Positions 1 to 12,740 of a DNA stretch of 64,000 nt are shown in pieces (within the stretch, counting starts at the first letter, position 1; every line of letters starts with the position of its first letter). The notes under the pieces were generated by a model. That model was not told where the DNA came from. It made no database searches and saw only the letters and a list, made by a program, of their open reading frames with translations. The DNA comes from Octopus sinensis (taxonomy: Eukaryota): the NCBI RefSeq assembly GCF_006345805.1, contig NW_021833045.1, positions 21,300-85,299 of the forward strand, in the 5' to 3' direction. A program made the translations under genes and the position numbers.

Positions 1-342
1 TATGATCAGTGAAAACTAGATGTCCAATTTAAACTTATATCCGATACGGTAAAGAGTAAATTGCAGAGTTAACACCGAATTAAATTGCCTTTATACATAT
101 ACATATGCATATACATATATAAATTATGTATGCATGTACTTATATATATATATGTGTGTGTGTGTGTGTATACATATATATATATATGTATGTATGTATG
201 TATATGTATATAAATATATATATGTGTGTGTGTGTGTGTGCGTGTGTGTGATTGGTGGGGATGGAGACTCAGATAGGCACTTCAATTCCCTGTCTATCGT
301 TTAAATAAGCACATACTCTCATTCAATTGGTTGTTAATAATA

Positions 343-380
343 TTACCATCTTTATTTTATCATTATTATCATCATCATCA

Positions 381-415
<35 letters not shown>

Positions 416-424
416 GTTCTTATA

Positions 425-457
<33 letters not shown>

Positions 458-540
458 ATTATTATTATTATTATTATTGTCATTATTATCATCATCATCA
501 TCATCATCATTATCGTTATCATCATTAGCATCATCATCGT
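343..540. repeat. (ATT)n/(ATC)n compound microsatellite
   Basis: Direct tandem trinucleotide runs; similar tracts at ~860-1075, 1330-1710 and 2880-2990. Confidence 0.95.
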
Positions 541-905
541 TACTTTTTATGTGTGTAACCCCGCTAAAAGCAAGTGTTGTAATCAATATATACGAATTGA
601 ATTGAAAACGAGTAAAGATATAATTTGATTTTAACGACAAAAATTAATTCATTATTCGAATTAACAAGTTGATGACATTTGTTGAAGAGATTTTAACGAG
701 GTGTCTTCATTTATAACGTTGTCACATGTTTTTTTAATGACGACCATTAATATGGAACATTAGTTTCGGGTGTAATTTTGGGGATAAGTTAATATGTTCG
801 TATTGGTTTTTGTAAAGGGTATTAAGGTTATCGTTAACCTCCTTCTCCTCCTCTCCTTCCTCATCATCATCATCATCATCATTATTATTATCATTATTAT
901 TATTA

Positions 906-961
<56 letters not shown>

Positions 962-973
962 TATTATTATTAA

Positions 974-1029
<56 letters not shown>

Positions 1030-1434
1030 TTATTATCATTATCATTATTATTATTAATATTATTATTAACATTATTACATGATCTTTCCGCTAGAAAAGT
1101 ATTACTATTACTATTACTATTAACATTATCATTGCTATTATTATTGCCACCACAAACACTAGTGTTGTTATCAGTTTTATTTTGTAAGGAATTATAATAT
1201 TAAAAATTCATATCTTTATCATTATGTTACAAATTTATTAATATTTTTATTATTGCTATTATTCTTATCATTATTGCTCTTGTTATCCACATTATCATTA
1301 TCGTTGTACGTATTTTTGCTATTATTATCATTTGTTATCCATTATCATTATTATTATAAATATCATTATCATTATTATTATCATTATCATCATCATCATC
1401 ATAATCATCTTCATCATCATTATTCTTATTATTA

Positions 1435-1499
<65 letters not shown>

Positions 1500-1512
1500 A
1501 ATAATAATAATA

Positions 1513-1574
<62 letters not shown>

Positions 1575-1655
1575 GCTACGAATTTATCCCTATTACTGTT
1601 TTTGTTACAATTATTGTTGCTGTTATTACGGTTATGCATATTATTGTTATTATTA

Positions 1656-1705
<50 letters not shown>

Positions 1706-2239
1706 GTAAGGAATTATAATTTTTGTTTTTATTATTATTTACACTAGAAATATTATTTTTATTGTTATTGCTGCTGCTACTGCTGCTACTGCTGCTGCTG
1801 CTGTTGTATTTGCTTTTCACTAAGTGCTTTTCTCATTTACAAATTCTATAAAAGCAAATATAATTCGTTTGTTTTTTTATTTCGATATACAATTTTTTTC
1901 GTTTTTATTTTAGATCATATTTTATTTTATCATTTAGTAAAGAGTCTTTGAGAAAAAAATATTTCGAGGCGTAATCATGCGTATCTTTTAGAAATATGAT
2001 ACTCCTGTATCGCAGACATAACAAATAGAATCATAGTTTTCAATGAATTTTGCTTTTTATTTATTTATTTATTTATTTTAATTTTCCAAATGATGCCAAA
2101 AAACATTTTAGTTTTTATTTTAAATCTCAGATTCATACAGGAATATATACATATAAACGTGTGTATGTAAGCATGCATGTAATATTCAGAGAGATAGAGA
2201 GAGAGACATACATACATGAAAATATACATACACACATAC

Positions 2240-2270
2240 ATTTATAATACATACATATATGTATATATAT

Positions 2271-2321
<51 letters not shown>

Positions 2322-2371
2322 ATACACATAATATATGTATATATATATAGATGTATAAGATTATACATATA

Positions 2372-2415
<44 letters not shown>

Positions 2416-2528
2416 CATACCTATATATTCTATATATATATATATATATATATACATATATACGTATATGTATATCAATATACATATATATATGTATATT
2501 TGTAAACATATAAGTATATATATATATA

Positions 2529-2603
<75 letters not shown>

Positions 2604-2635
2604 GTGTGTGTGTGTGTATAGACATGTATATAGAT

Positions 2636-2674
<39 letters not shown>

Positions 2675-2687
2675 CATACCTATATAT

Positions 2688-2729
<42 letters not shown>

Positions 2730-2765
2730 ATAGATATACATATACGTATATGTTTATATATATAT
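2240..2765. repeat. (TA)n/(TG)n compound microsatellite
   Basis: Long interrupted TA runs with a TG run. Confidence 0.95.
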
Positions 2766-2879
2766 ACCATTACATCATCATAAAATCAATAAAGTTTAAT
2801 TTGGCGCCGAAACACTGAAATCCTTTGAATGCGAATATGTATTTTATCAAAAAGAGTAAATATAAAATTGTATAACAGG

Positions 2880-2938
<59 letters not shown>

Positions 2939-2942
2939 TATT

Positions 2943-2975
<33 letters not shown>

Positions 2976-3464
2976 ATTATTATTATTATCAGGAAGATCA
3001 ATTGAAACAGTAATCCGATCTGTAACGCTAGGGACACTGATGTAGGTTTTTTGGACAGAAGGTTGGGTAAAGACCGGAGAATATTAGTAAGTTATATCAG
3101 TTCAATATGAATATATCCAGTATACACCTGAGACCATACTGTTTGTCTAAAACGTCCGACATACACACACACATACACACACACACACATACACACACAC
3201 ACACAAACACACACTCAGTCACACGCACAAACATACACACACATACACAAATATATATATATATTCATATGACAGTGAAAAGAGATTTGAAACGCTTTTA
3301 AACAAATAATGTTTTTTAAACAACAATCAAACAAACACACCCACCCACACACACAACTGGTTTTCTAGTCAATGCGAAATTCATCGATGAGGAACGACAA
3401 TTTTGTTGAAAGTAGAACGTAATGTTGTTGATATTGTTGTTGGTGGTGGTGGTGATTTTGCTGT

Positions 3465-3690
3465 TATTTAGCCCCAGGTTTTCTTTGAATAAGTGAGTAC
3501 ATATATAATCAAAAGGAATCCAGCTGTGACCACCCTGTTTACATTTTGCTGATGGCAATAATCTTTATATCAAGGATTACGTTATGCTATCAATTCTTCA
3601 TTTAAAATTAAAATAGTGTGATTTGAGGGTAATTATTTGGCTGTTATTTCTAGAATGTCGAGATACTGCATAAAGGATCTCGCTCCTTTG
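3465..3690 (+). mobile_element. Unclassified dispersed repeat (family C), degenerate
   Basis: Shares gtgatttgag(a/g)g-ttggctg/ttgactg with ~29575-29610. Segments at ~10625 and ~56870-57050 share ttacattatccaatgtg-like sequence and are tentatively grouped with it. Confidence 0.45.
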
Positions 3691-3804
3691 TTACTTATTG
3701 TAGAACGCTAGTTGTTGTTGCTCTTGCTATCGTCGTTGTCGTTTATGTTGTTTAACCCCAGGCCAAGCTTTATCAAGCTAGTCATTGACTAGAAGCCTTT
3801 CTTA

Positions 3805-4212
3805 TTTCTTATTTTTTTTAGTACCCTCAGAGGGCTAAACAGAGAGGAGACAAAGAAGGACAGGCAAAGGAATTCAGTCGATTACATCGACTCCAGTGCA
3901 TAACTGGTACTTAATTTATCGACCCCGAAAGGATGAAAGGCAAAGTCGACCTCGGCAGAATTTGAACTCAGAGCGTAAAGTCAGGCGAAATACCTATTTC
4001 TTTACTACCCACAAGGGGCTAAACACAGAGGGGACAACGGATTAAGTCGATTACATCGACCCCAGTGCGTAACTGGTACTTAATTTAACGACTCCGAAAA
4101 GATGAAAGGCAAAGTCGACCTCGGCGGAATTTGAACTCAGAATGTAGCGGCAGACGAAATACCGCTGAGTATTTCGCCCGGCGTGCTAACGTTTCTATCA
4201 GCTCACCGCCTT
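3805..4212 (-). mobile_element. tRNA-derived SINE family A, head-to-tail dimer
   Basis: Reverse complement shows head ggcggtgagctgatagaaacgttagcacgccgggcgaaat, B-box-like gagttcaaattcc and body gtcgactttgcctttcatcctttcggggtcg; the body occurs twice. Confidence 0.9.
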
Positions 4213-4582
4213 TCTTATCGTCTACAAGCCTTTCTTATCGTCTTTATTCAGATACTCTGCATTTAAGTTATTATTTTCCATTGTAGTACTCTTGGGGTTG
4301 TAAAGATATTTCCTTGTAAAGATATTTCCTCGACTGTTAGCGTGATTCAAAAGTTAAATGTTTTGGATGATTTTTTTGTTTGTCGTTATTATTGTTCATT
4401 GAGATAATGATGTTGCTGTTGTTTAGTCGTTAGTCTGTTCTCACTGACCAGACATAAGATAAAAACACGTGCAAGCCATAATTAATAATCCACCATGCAG
4501 AGCCTCTATCTAAGGAACATGTATCTGACCAACAAAGATGCTAAATAGTTCTTTTCCATAACTAGTATACAGTGGTTTACAT

Positions 4583-4997
4583 TACTGTATTTTGAAATGA
4601 TAGAATGAAATTCAATATAAAAAAAATCTGACGAAGATATATATGTCTAAAATAGTATTGTATTAAAAATATATATAAATATATGAAACATGACAGCTTA
4701 AAAATTTGTTAATTAATGCATCTTACGATCGTTTCACGAAAGTATTGTTATTATAATGGAATCCATTGTTGATACACATTGATTGACAATACTTCCGCTC
4801 GTCAGAGATGGAGAAGATAAAGTTTTTATAATACATCGAATGTTGTTTTAAAATTAGAAAAATATATGAGAAAATCTTTTTGAAAATAGATTAAAATTTA
4901 CTGGTTTAGATTTATGCAGGTCGACTTTGGTAAATTTTAAATTTTAAAGTTTGCATTTATATCCTTCGTAAGTTCATCTCAGTAATCCACAACTGGT
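4583..4997 (+). repeat. Dispersed ~400-bp block, paralogous to 35290-35670 (family F)
   Basis: Near-identical stretches such as gcatcttacgatcgtttc...ggaatccattgttgatacacattgat...cttccgctcgtcagagatggagaagataaag occur in both places. Confidence 0.85.
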
Positions 4998-5158
4998 TTA
5001 CATTATACAAAGCCACGTTTTCTAAAGCATTATAATGTGGTTTAGATCAGATTTGACTTCACTTTCTAGCATATACTCTTACTCTATTTCCTTGGTAAAA
5101 TTTCCACATTCACTTACTGAGTGCAAAAGAGAAAAAAACAAAATTATTTAACATTCAG

Positions 5159-5301
5159 CTAAGAGAATTCTGGGTGAGGATGTGCTTCAGGCCATTTCAC
5201 GAATGAGTAAATTATTAAATGAAAACAATTTTGAAAACATTCTGCGCCGCTATATTCCTACCATTTCTATGTCCAAGTTACCAACACCCAACCAAATTAA
5301 G
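5159..5301 (+). CDS. Candidate internal coding exon of an unidentified host gene (AKRILGEDVLQAISRMSKLLNENNFENILRRYIPTISMSKLPTPNQIK)
   Basis: Bounded by tttaacattcag| and AAG|gtaact; 47 stop-free codons in non-repetitive sequence; helical protein-like composition. No family recognised. Confidence 0.5.
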
Positions 5302-5436
5302 GTAACTCTCGTTTTGTTTTAATTTGTTTGCTTGATTGATTGTATGTACTTGAGTGCCCGCGCAAGCATAAGAAAATAATATTCTAAAATATTGGCGGAA
5401 ATATACTCTTTTCTTATGCTTTTTATTTACTCTTTT

Positions 5437-5643
5437 AATCTTTTACTTGTTTCAGTCATTTGACTGTGGCCATGCTGGAGCACCGCCTTTAGTCGAGCAA
5501 ATCGACACCAGGACTTATTCTTTGTAAGCCAAGTACTTATTCTATCGGTGTCTTTTGCCGAACCACTAGGTTACGGGGACGTAAACACACCAGCATCGGT
5601 TGTCCAGCGATGTTGGGGGACAAATACAGACTGACAAACATAT

Positions 5644-5674
<31 letters not shown>

Positions 5675-5705
5675 CATATATACGACGGGCTTCTTTCAGA
5701 ATCCG
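5437..5705 (-). mobile_element. SINE family B, 3' two-thirds
   Basis: Reverse complement of ...ccaacatcgctggacaaccgatgctggtgtgtttacgtccccgtaacc...ctccagcatggccacagtcaaatgactgaaacaagtaaaag. Confidence 0.9.
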
Positions 5706-5831
5706 TCTACCAAATCTACAATACAACTTCATTCAGACATATTATGATAGTATAAAATAGTATAAAATATTTTCGAATTCTCATTGCATATAGTGAAGTT
5801 GAACCCGTGTCCTAATGTAATCCTTTTTTAG

Positions 5832-5864
5832 GTACCTATAGTGTTTATGAAAGAGAAACAGTAA
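5832..5864 (+). CDS. Candidate terminal exon (VPIVFMKEKQ*) phase-compatible with 5159-5301
   Basis: Acceptor aatcctttttttag|GTACC; a phase-0 join gives 10 codons then TAA. An alternative phase-1 reading GTYSVYERETVMEDASTLEICD* also exists. Confidence 0.3.
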   Translation, partial: VPIVFMKEKQ

Positions 5865-6250
5865 TGGAGGATGCAAGCACGCTGGAGATCTGTGATTAAC
5901 AACAGTTATCGTCTCAACTAGACCCTCCATGTGACCGCACAAATACACAAAATCCTACGGAGGCGGTGGTATTGCATCGCTGCAAACGTGCGTGACATTT
6001 TGACCACAAACACAAGTGCCAGGTATAAAAGGTTTGTTGTTAGCCCATGATTTTAAGACATGGGCGGTTAACAGTGGCCTTTTCTGATGACTTAAGTGCT
6101 GCCTTCTTAGAGAAGCAGCAGAATGCTTCAGTTCAAGTCATGATAATGGAATATATTATTGTTGATTTCATTTTATTTCAAAGTTTACTTCTTCAACTAA
6201 CTGCAAACTTTAAAAACTCTCTTTCCTATTTATTTACATTTATAATTAAT

Positions 6251-6438
6251 GGTTTAAAGTAATTACAATTATTTATAAAATTGTTTATAAAATATTGAAA
6301 TACCCAAGAAATTCTCAAAATTTCCATCCGTTAATTACTGTAGGGTTTAAAGTAATTACAATTGTTTATAAAATTGTTTATAAAATATTGAAATACCCAA
6401 GAAATTCTCAAAATTTCCATCTGTTAATTACTGTAGGG
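6251..6438 (+). repeat. 93-bp tandem duplication (2 copies)
   Basis: ggtttaaagtaattacaatt...ttaattactgtag starts at 6251 and 6344, with about 2 mismatches. Confidence 0.9.
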
Positions 6439-6669
6439 TGATTATTCTGAAATTTACATTTTATTAAAGTGTTTTTATGATTAATTATATTTTATAAAAC
6501 AATCGGTTTAAGCGCAAAAACTGTTTACTGTAAACTTGACAGATAACCATTAACTTCAATGGCGCCTTCCTGCGTTAAAAATATTCACCTCCTCTCATCT
6601 AAGGAACATGCCTTGAGCTGTCACCATGCTTATAAAAACCAGTCACATTTCCTGTTGTGTTTAATATGT

Positions 6670-7862
6670 AGTATTTTACAATTTATCAGGGTGGTGACCT
6701 GGCAGAATTGTTAGCACGCCGGGCGATGTGTTTCACGGCATTTCGTCTGCCGTTATGTTCTGAGTTCAAATTCCACCAAGATCAACTTTGGCTTTCATCC
6801 TTTCGGGGTCGATTAAATAAGTACTAGATAAGAACTGGAGTGAACGTAATCGACTTAATCCCTTGTTTGGCCCCTCTATGTTTAGCCCCCAGTGGGCAAT
6901 AAAGACGTAACTATTTAATATTTTATCAGTTATCAGGGCGGCGCTGGCAGAGTAGTTAGCATGCCGGGCGAAAATGCTTATCGGTATTTCGTCTGCCGTT
7001 ACATTCTGAGTTCAAATTCCGCAGACGTCGACTTTGCCTTTCATCTGTTCGGGGTCGATTAAATAAGTACCATACCCAGTTACTACTGGAGTCGATGTAA
7101 TCGACTTAATCCCCTTGTTTGTCCCCTCTATGTTTAGCCCCCTTGTGGGCAATAAAGACATAAATATTAAATATTTTATAATTTATCAGGGCGGGTCTGG
7201 CAGAGTCGTTAGCACGCCGGGCGAAAATGCTTATCGGTATTTCGTCTGCCGTTACGTTCTGAGTTCAAATTCCGCCGTGGTCGACTTTGCCTTTCATCCT
7301 TTCGGGGTCGATTAAATAACTAGGTATGGTACTTATTTAATCGACCCCAAAAGGATGAAAGGCAAAGTCGACCTCGGCGGAATTTGAACTCAGAACTTAA
7401 CGGCAGACGAAATACCTATTTTTTTATTACCCACAAGTGGCTAAACACAGAGGGAACAAACAAGGACAGACAAACGGATTAAGTCGATTACATCGTTCCC
7501 AGTGCGTAACTGGTACTTAATTTATCGACTCCGAAAGGATGAAAGGCAAAGTCGACCACGGCGGAATTTGAACTCAGAACGTAACGGCAGACGAAATACC
7601 GATAAGCATTTTCGCCCGGCGTGCTAACGACTCTGCCAGCGCCGCCTTGATAAACTATAAAATATTAAATATTTGTGTCTTTATTGCCCACAGGGGGCTA
7701 AACATAGAGGGGACAAACAAAGGGATTAAATCGATTACATCGACCGCAGTAGTAAGTACCATACCTAGTTACTACTGCGGTCGATGTAATCGACTTAATC
7801 CCTTTGTCTATCCTTGTTTGTCCCCTCTATGTTTAGCCATCTGTGGACAATAAAGAAATAAA
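6670..7862. mobile_element. Cluster of SINE-A copies in tandem and inverted orientation
   Basis: Plus-strand units at ~6685, ~6935 and ~7185; minus-strand units at ~7328-7755; plus-strand 3' part at 7765-7862. Confidence 0.9.
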
Positions 7863-8819
7863 TAATTTATTAAAATTTCAAGGTTTCTTGACCAGTTACA
7901 GTATTTAGATAATGACAATTTATCAACATCTAAACGTCTCATTCTACTTCATTAAACTTTCCTTTGTATATCACATCAAGTATATTAGCGTCAGCTTTAC
8001 TATTTAGAATTGATGCTGCATTTATCCATCGGTGTATTCCTCATTAATTCATTCATTTATCTAAATCAGTTACGATTATACTAACATACGGCTATAATTC
8101 AGATGCAGAAATATACCATATGTAAAGACGCATATAAATACTCTTTGCCTTCAGTGTTCCTATGGGGTGCGGTAGGAAATCGGATTAAACCTTCCATAGA
8201 TTTGTCTCTCACACACAAACACACTGTTGTGTGGACGCCCCCAGACGAGAAGTGGACTGGTCCACTACAAATAAATAGTGGACGGACACAGCCAGTAACG
8301 TCGTTCGGCGAAGGTACGCCGTTCCAACCTGCGATACTTCGCACACACACACACGCACACACACACACACAAACAAACAAACTCACAAGCATACACACAA
8401 AGATACGCACAAACTCACAAACACACACACACAAGTACACGCAAACACACACACAAACAAACAAACACACACACACAAACAAACACACACACACACACAA
8501 GTACACACGCAAACACACACACAAACACACAAACACAAACAAATACATACAAACACAAGCACACACACACCTCGCAACTAGTGAAGGTAGGCAGACTCTA
8601 ATGTTTTACCGTCTCTTTGGAGCTGCGGTTAGTTACCCCCATGGGTTTGTTCGATGCCCACAATGCTTTTGTTATTGAAGTGTATTTATACACATAGGTG
8701 CAGAATCGTATTTGATAGAATAAGTACCGAAGAAGCAATGAGGCCGAGGTAATCGATTAACAACCTCTCCTCAAAATTTCCTGCCTTGTGTTTATATTAG
8801 AAACTCTCCCAATGAGCGA

Positions 8820-9200
8820 TCATATTCGTCGCTAAAAAAATCATGTCAAAAAAAATCGCCGAAAACAATCGCAGTAATGAAAACAAAGGAATCCAAACTT
8901 TCAGGATTGCGGGTCTGGATTCAGCCCGGAATGCTTTTTAATTTACTCATGGAGTTAACAATTTTTATAATTTAAAGGCTAACATACAAAAACTTTGTCA
9001 CAAAAAGTTACGTTCGCCGAAAACAATCACAGTAATGAAAACTCGGGAATCCAAAATTTCGGGATTGTGAGTCCGGATTCGGGGTGGGATGTTTTTATTT
9101 TACTCACGGAGTCAAGCCTGATTCCAAAATGGTGCGATATGTTGGGAGTAAAGTTGAAAAACTGTGACACACTAACACACTGACATTCACATTTGTTATA
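8820..9200 (+). mobile_element. Possible Helitron/HINE-like non-autonomous fragment with internal ~155-bp duplication
   Basis: tcgccgaaaacaatc(g/a)cagtaatgaaaac occurs twice. The terminal motif aaagttgaaaaa(c/g)tgtga(c/t)acact...gacattcac recurs at ~9435-9485, and a related motif at ~9930-9980. Confidence 0.4.
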
Positions 9201-9269
9201 TTATATTATATTATATTATTATATTCCTCGTCGTCGTAACCGACAGAGTGCTTCCATTATTATATTATA

Positions 9270-9430
9270 TTAAGGCAGTGAGCTGGCGGAATCGCTAACA
9301 TGCCGGGGTCGACTTTGCCTTTCACCCTTTTGGGGTCGATAAAATTAGTACCAGTTACATACTGGGGTCGAGTGTAATCAACTTAATCCCTTCCCCCAAA
9401 ATTTGAGGTCTTTTGCTTGCAGTAGAAAGG
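9270..9430 (+). mobile_element. SINE-A with alternative tail (A2), internally deleted
   Basis: aaggcagtgagctggcggaatcgctaac head; tail ccccaaaatttgaggtcttttgcttgcagtagaaagg. Confidence 0.75.
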
Positions 9431-9764
9431 ATTTATTAAAGTTGAAAAAGTGTGATACACTGACATTCACGTTTACTATTCTAGATATGTTTAATTTTGA
9501 GGAAACTTTATTTCAATTAAAGTGTATTTTGTGTGTGGTGTGTGTGTGTGTGGTGTGTGTGTGTGTGTGTGTGTGTATTTAAGAAAGCAAAAAATAAAAC
9601 AAAAAAGAGACATGATTAAACAAAGTTGTACATCATCTCCCTCTGTCTCTCACATGCCCACTCTTTCTCTCTCTTTTATCATTACTCCCACTATCACCAT
9701 TAACTTTTAATAAAACATCAACTCTCCCTAAATTTCTTTGTCTCTCTTTCTCACCCTCTCATTT

Positions 9765-9815
<51 letters not shown>

Positions 9816-10689
9816 GTCTCTCTCTGAATTCGCCACCGCCCTCGCCGTCTCCATGCCTACTATTACTCTCATACCATCATGAAGAATAATAGGAGTGTCA
9901 CTGAATAGTGAGAGAGGGCGGTCTAAGTGTGACACACTGACACACAGAAATTAGTTTTTGCATTTATTATATTAGAAGGTCATTACATTTTATTTTCAAC
10001 ACTAATGTCTTTACGCCTTGAGTTCAAATTCCGCAGAGGTCGACGATACATCAAATCCTTTCAGCGGCGATAAAATAAGTACCTGTTAATCGCTGGGATT
10101 GATGTAAACAAGATTTAACCCTTCCCTCAAAAATGCTTGCGCTCTGTGAAAATTTAAAACCGCTTTAAGAGGTGTTGATTTGGCAGAATCGTTAAAGCGT
10201 TGGAAAAAAATGTTCTACGGTATTTGTCCCGAATTTATATTCGTAGTTCAAATCCCATCGAGGTTCAATATGTATTACATCCATTCGGAGTCGATAACAT
10301 AAAATGCCAGTTGAGTACTTTGTGCCAACGGTGGCCCCTTCCTCAAAAAATTACGATTTTTGTGTAAAAGAGACCGGTAAAATATGTAGGAGGCTTTAAA
10401 AAAAGATAAGTAGTGGGCTCGATTCGTTGGACTAAATTTCTACAAGATGGTGCCCCAGGTTGGCCACAGTCTATTGACTGAAACAAGTAGAAAGAAAAAG
10501 AAAAAAATCTGATTTCTGTTTTTATCCCGAGGGTCATCCTCAGTTGAGACGATTTGTGATAAAAGTTATTCCAACGCTGATCATCCTCATTTCTCAACTT
10601 TTCAAGTGAGTTCAAATTTATTTCGGATTACATTATCCAATGTGCCCTCATTTAACGCATTGACCGTGTGGAATGTAAGGGGATTAAGA

Positions 10690-11080
10690 CGGAGAGCGGG
10701 CAGAACCGTTTGCAAGCCGGGCGAAATGCGTAGCAGTATTTCGTCTGCCGTTACGTTGTGAGTTCAAATTCCGCCGAGGTCGACTTTGCCTTTCATCCTT
10801 TCGGGGTCGATAAATTAAGTACCAGTTACGCACTGGGGGCGATGTTATCGACTTAATATCTTTGTCTGTACTTGTTTGTCCCCTCTATGTTTAGTCCCTT
10901 GTGGATAATAAAGAAATAGCTATTTCGTCTGTCTTTACGTTCTGAGTTCAAATTCCGCCGAGGTCGACTTTGCCTTTCATCCTTTCGCGGAGGGGGGGGG
11001 TCGATAACTTAAATACCAGTTGCTTACTGTGGTTTAATCTAATCGACTGGCCCCCTCCGGCCTTATGCGTAGAGTAGAGA
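10690..11080 (+). mobile_element. SINE-A head-to-tail dimer
   Basis: Full unit followed by the junction aaagaaatagctatttcgtctg and a second body. Confidence 0.9.
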
Positions 11081-11534
11081 AAAAAAGGAACGTAAGGGGA
11101 TTTTCGCTGCTCTTTCCAGCACCGGAGGTTTCCAAACAGGACGATCAATATTCCCCGGTGTTTTTAATGGTAGAAATTACAATGGAGAGTCTACTTAACT
11201 CGGCCTATTAAACACCATCTGGTATTTTGGCTTCAACACAAGAGTTTATCGCTTATCTTTCATATGTGTACATCTTTTGGTCACATACCTATACTTAATT
11301 GATCAATAAATCAATAAATCAACTAATAATTTCATTAATTGATTGCTTGGTGAAAATCCTTTCATACATACCCTGTGACCTTATCGATTACGGGTCTCTC
11401 GTGCACTTACGGCGCGCTATTATGCTCTTGCAGTTATGTATTCCTACATATATATATACATTTATATACATATATATATATATACGTATATACATACGTA
11501 TATATACATAGATATACACACACACACACATACA

Positions 11535-11587
<53 letters not shown>

Positions 11588-12159
11588 TGTGTGTGTGTGT
11601 GTGCGCGTGTGTATATGTAAGTATGTCTGCATAAATATACACGCATACATAGCGACACAGACAAACAAAATTTATATTAATGTGGTGTGACTGAATAACC
11701 AACAATACAAACCTACACAAACATATAAGAGTGTGTGTAGGTGCATTTATATACCGATCAATATACAGGTATGTATACACCTGTATATGCATGTATACGC
11801 ACGCTTGCACACACACACACACACAACACAAACACACACCACACACATATATATATCATATATATATTATATATATATATATATATTTATATATGATTTA
11901 CCTGCTATGTATTGAGTACCTTATTATATATTATGGTTAACCCCGAATCACCCGGGATCTACATATGTATATTTATATATATATAGTATATACATATATG
12001 AATATGTTTATATATATATATTATATATATATATAATATATTATACATATATATACACGCGTATATTTCTATACATATATACATATATATATGTACAGCG
12101 AGAGTGAGAAAGAGAGACAGACAGACATATATTTGAGTTTATGTACGTGTATATATATG

Positions 12160-12197
<38 letters not shown>

Positions 12198-12244
12198 ATA
12201 TATATATATATATAGATAGATAGATTGATAGATAGATAGATACA

Positions 12245-12280
<36 letters not shown>

Positions 12281-12529
12281 TGAATATATATAGACATATA
12301 TATAGAGAGTGAGAGAGGGGGAGAGACAGACAGACTGACTGACAAAGAGAGAGAGAGGGACACCTTCAAATAGATTTTTCCACTTAGATGTCTCCCAATC
12401 AAATTCCAGATGGCATTTCAGAAAATGATAGTCAAACCAAAGCTAAGATTAAGGATCGAATTCTGAACCACGTGATTTCAAAATACTGTCCTTAGCCACA
12501 CGACAAGGCTTTTCTTTAGTGTTTGATCC

Positions 12530-12740
12530 CAGTGGTTCTCAAAGTTTTTGCATCCGGGTCATTTCCAAAACAATTTTTTTGTGTGTGTTGTGGTGGGGCG
12601 ATGGCGAAGCGAAAGAAGTAAAACAGAAGTTAATTAAAGAAAAACTTATATTATATTTATAGAACGGAAGACCGTCGGAGGTCGCCGGAAGGATGCTTGG
12701 GGGCTACATGCGGCCCGAGAGCCGCGGTTGGGAACCACTA
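12530..12740. mobile_element. hAT (Charlie-like) MITE relic
   Basis: Left TIR cagtggttctcaa; right end gcggcccgagagccgcggttgggaaccact, typical of hAT-Charlie termini. The 8-bp TSD is not clearly preserved. Confidence 0.7.

Noticed and set aside
8103-8678. 191-aa ORF
   Set aside because: Its central part is (CA)n-derived and its flanks show no recognisable domain; probably an unclassified repeat.
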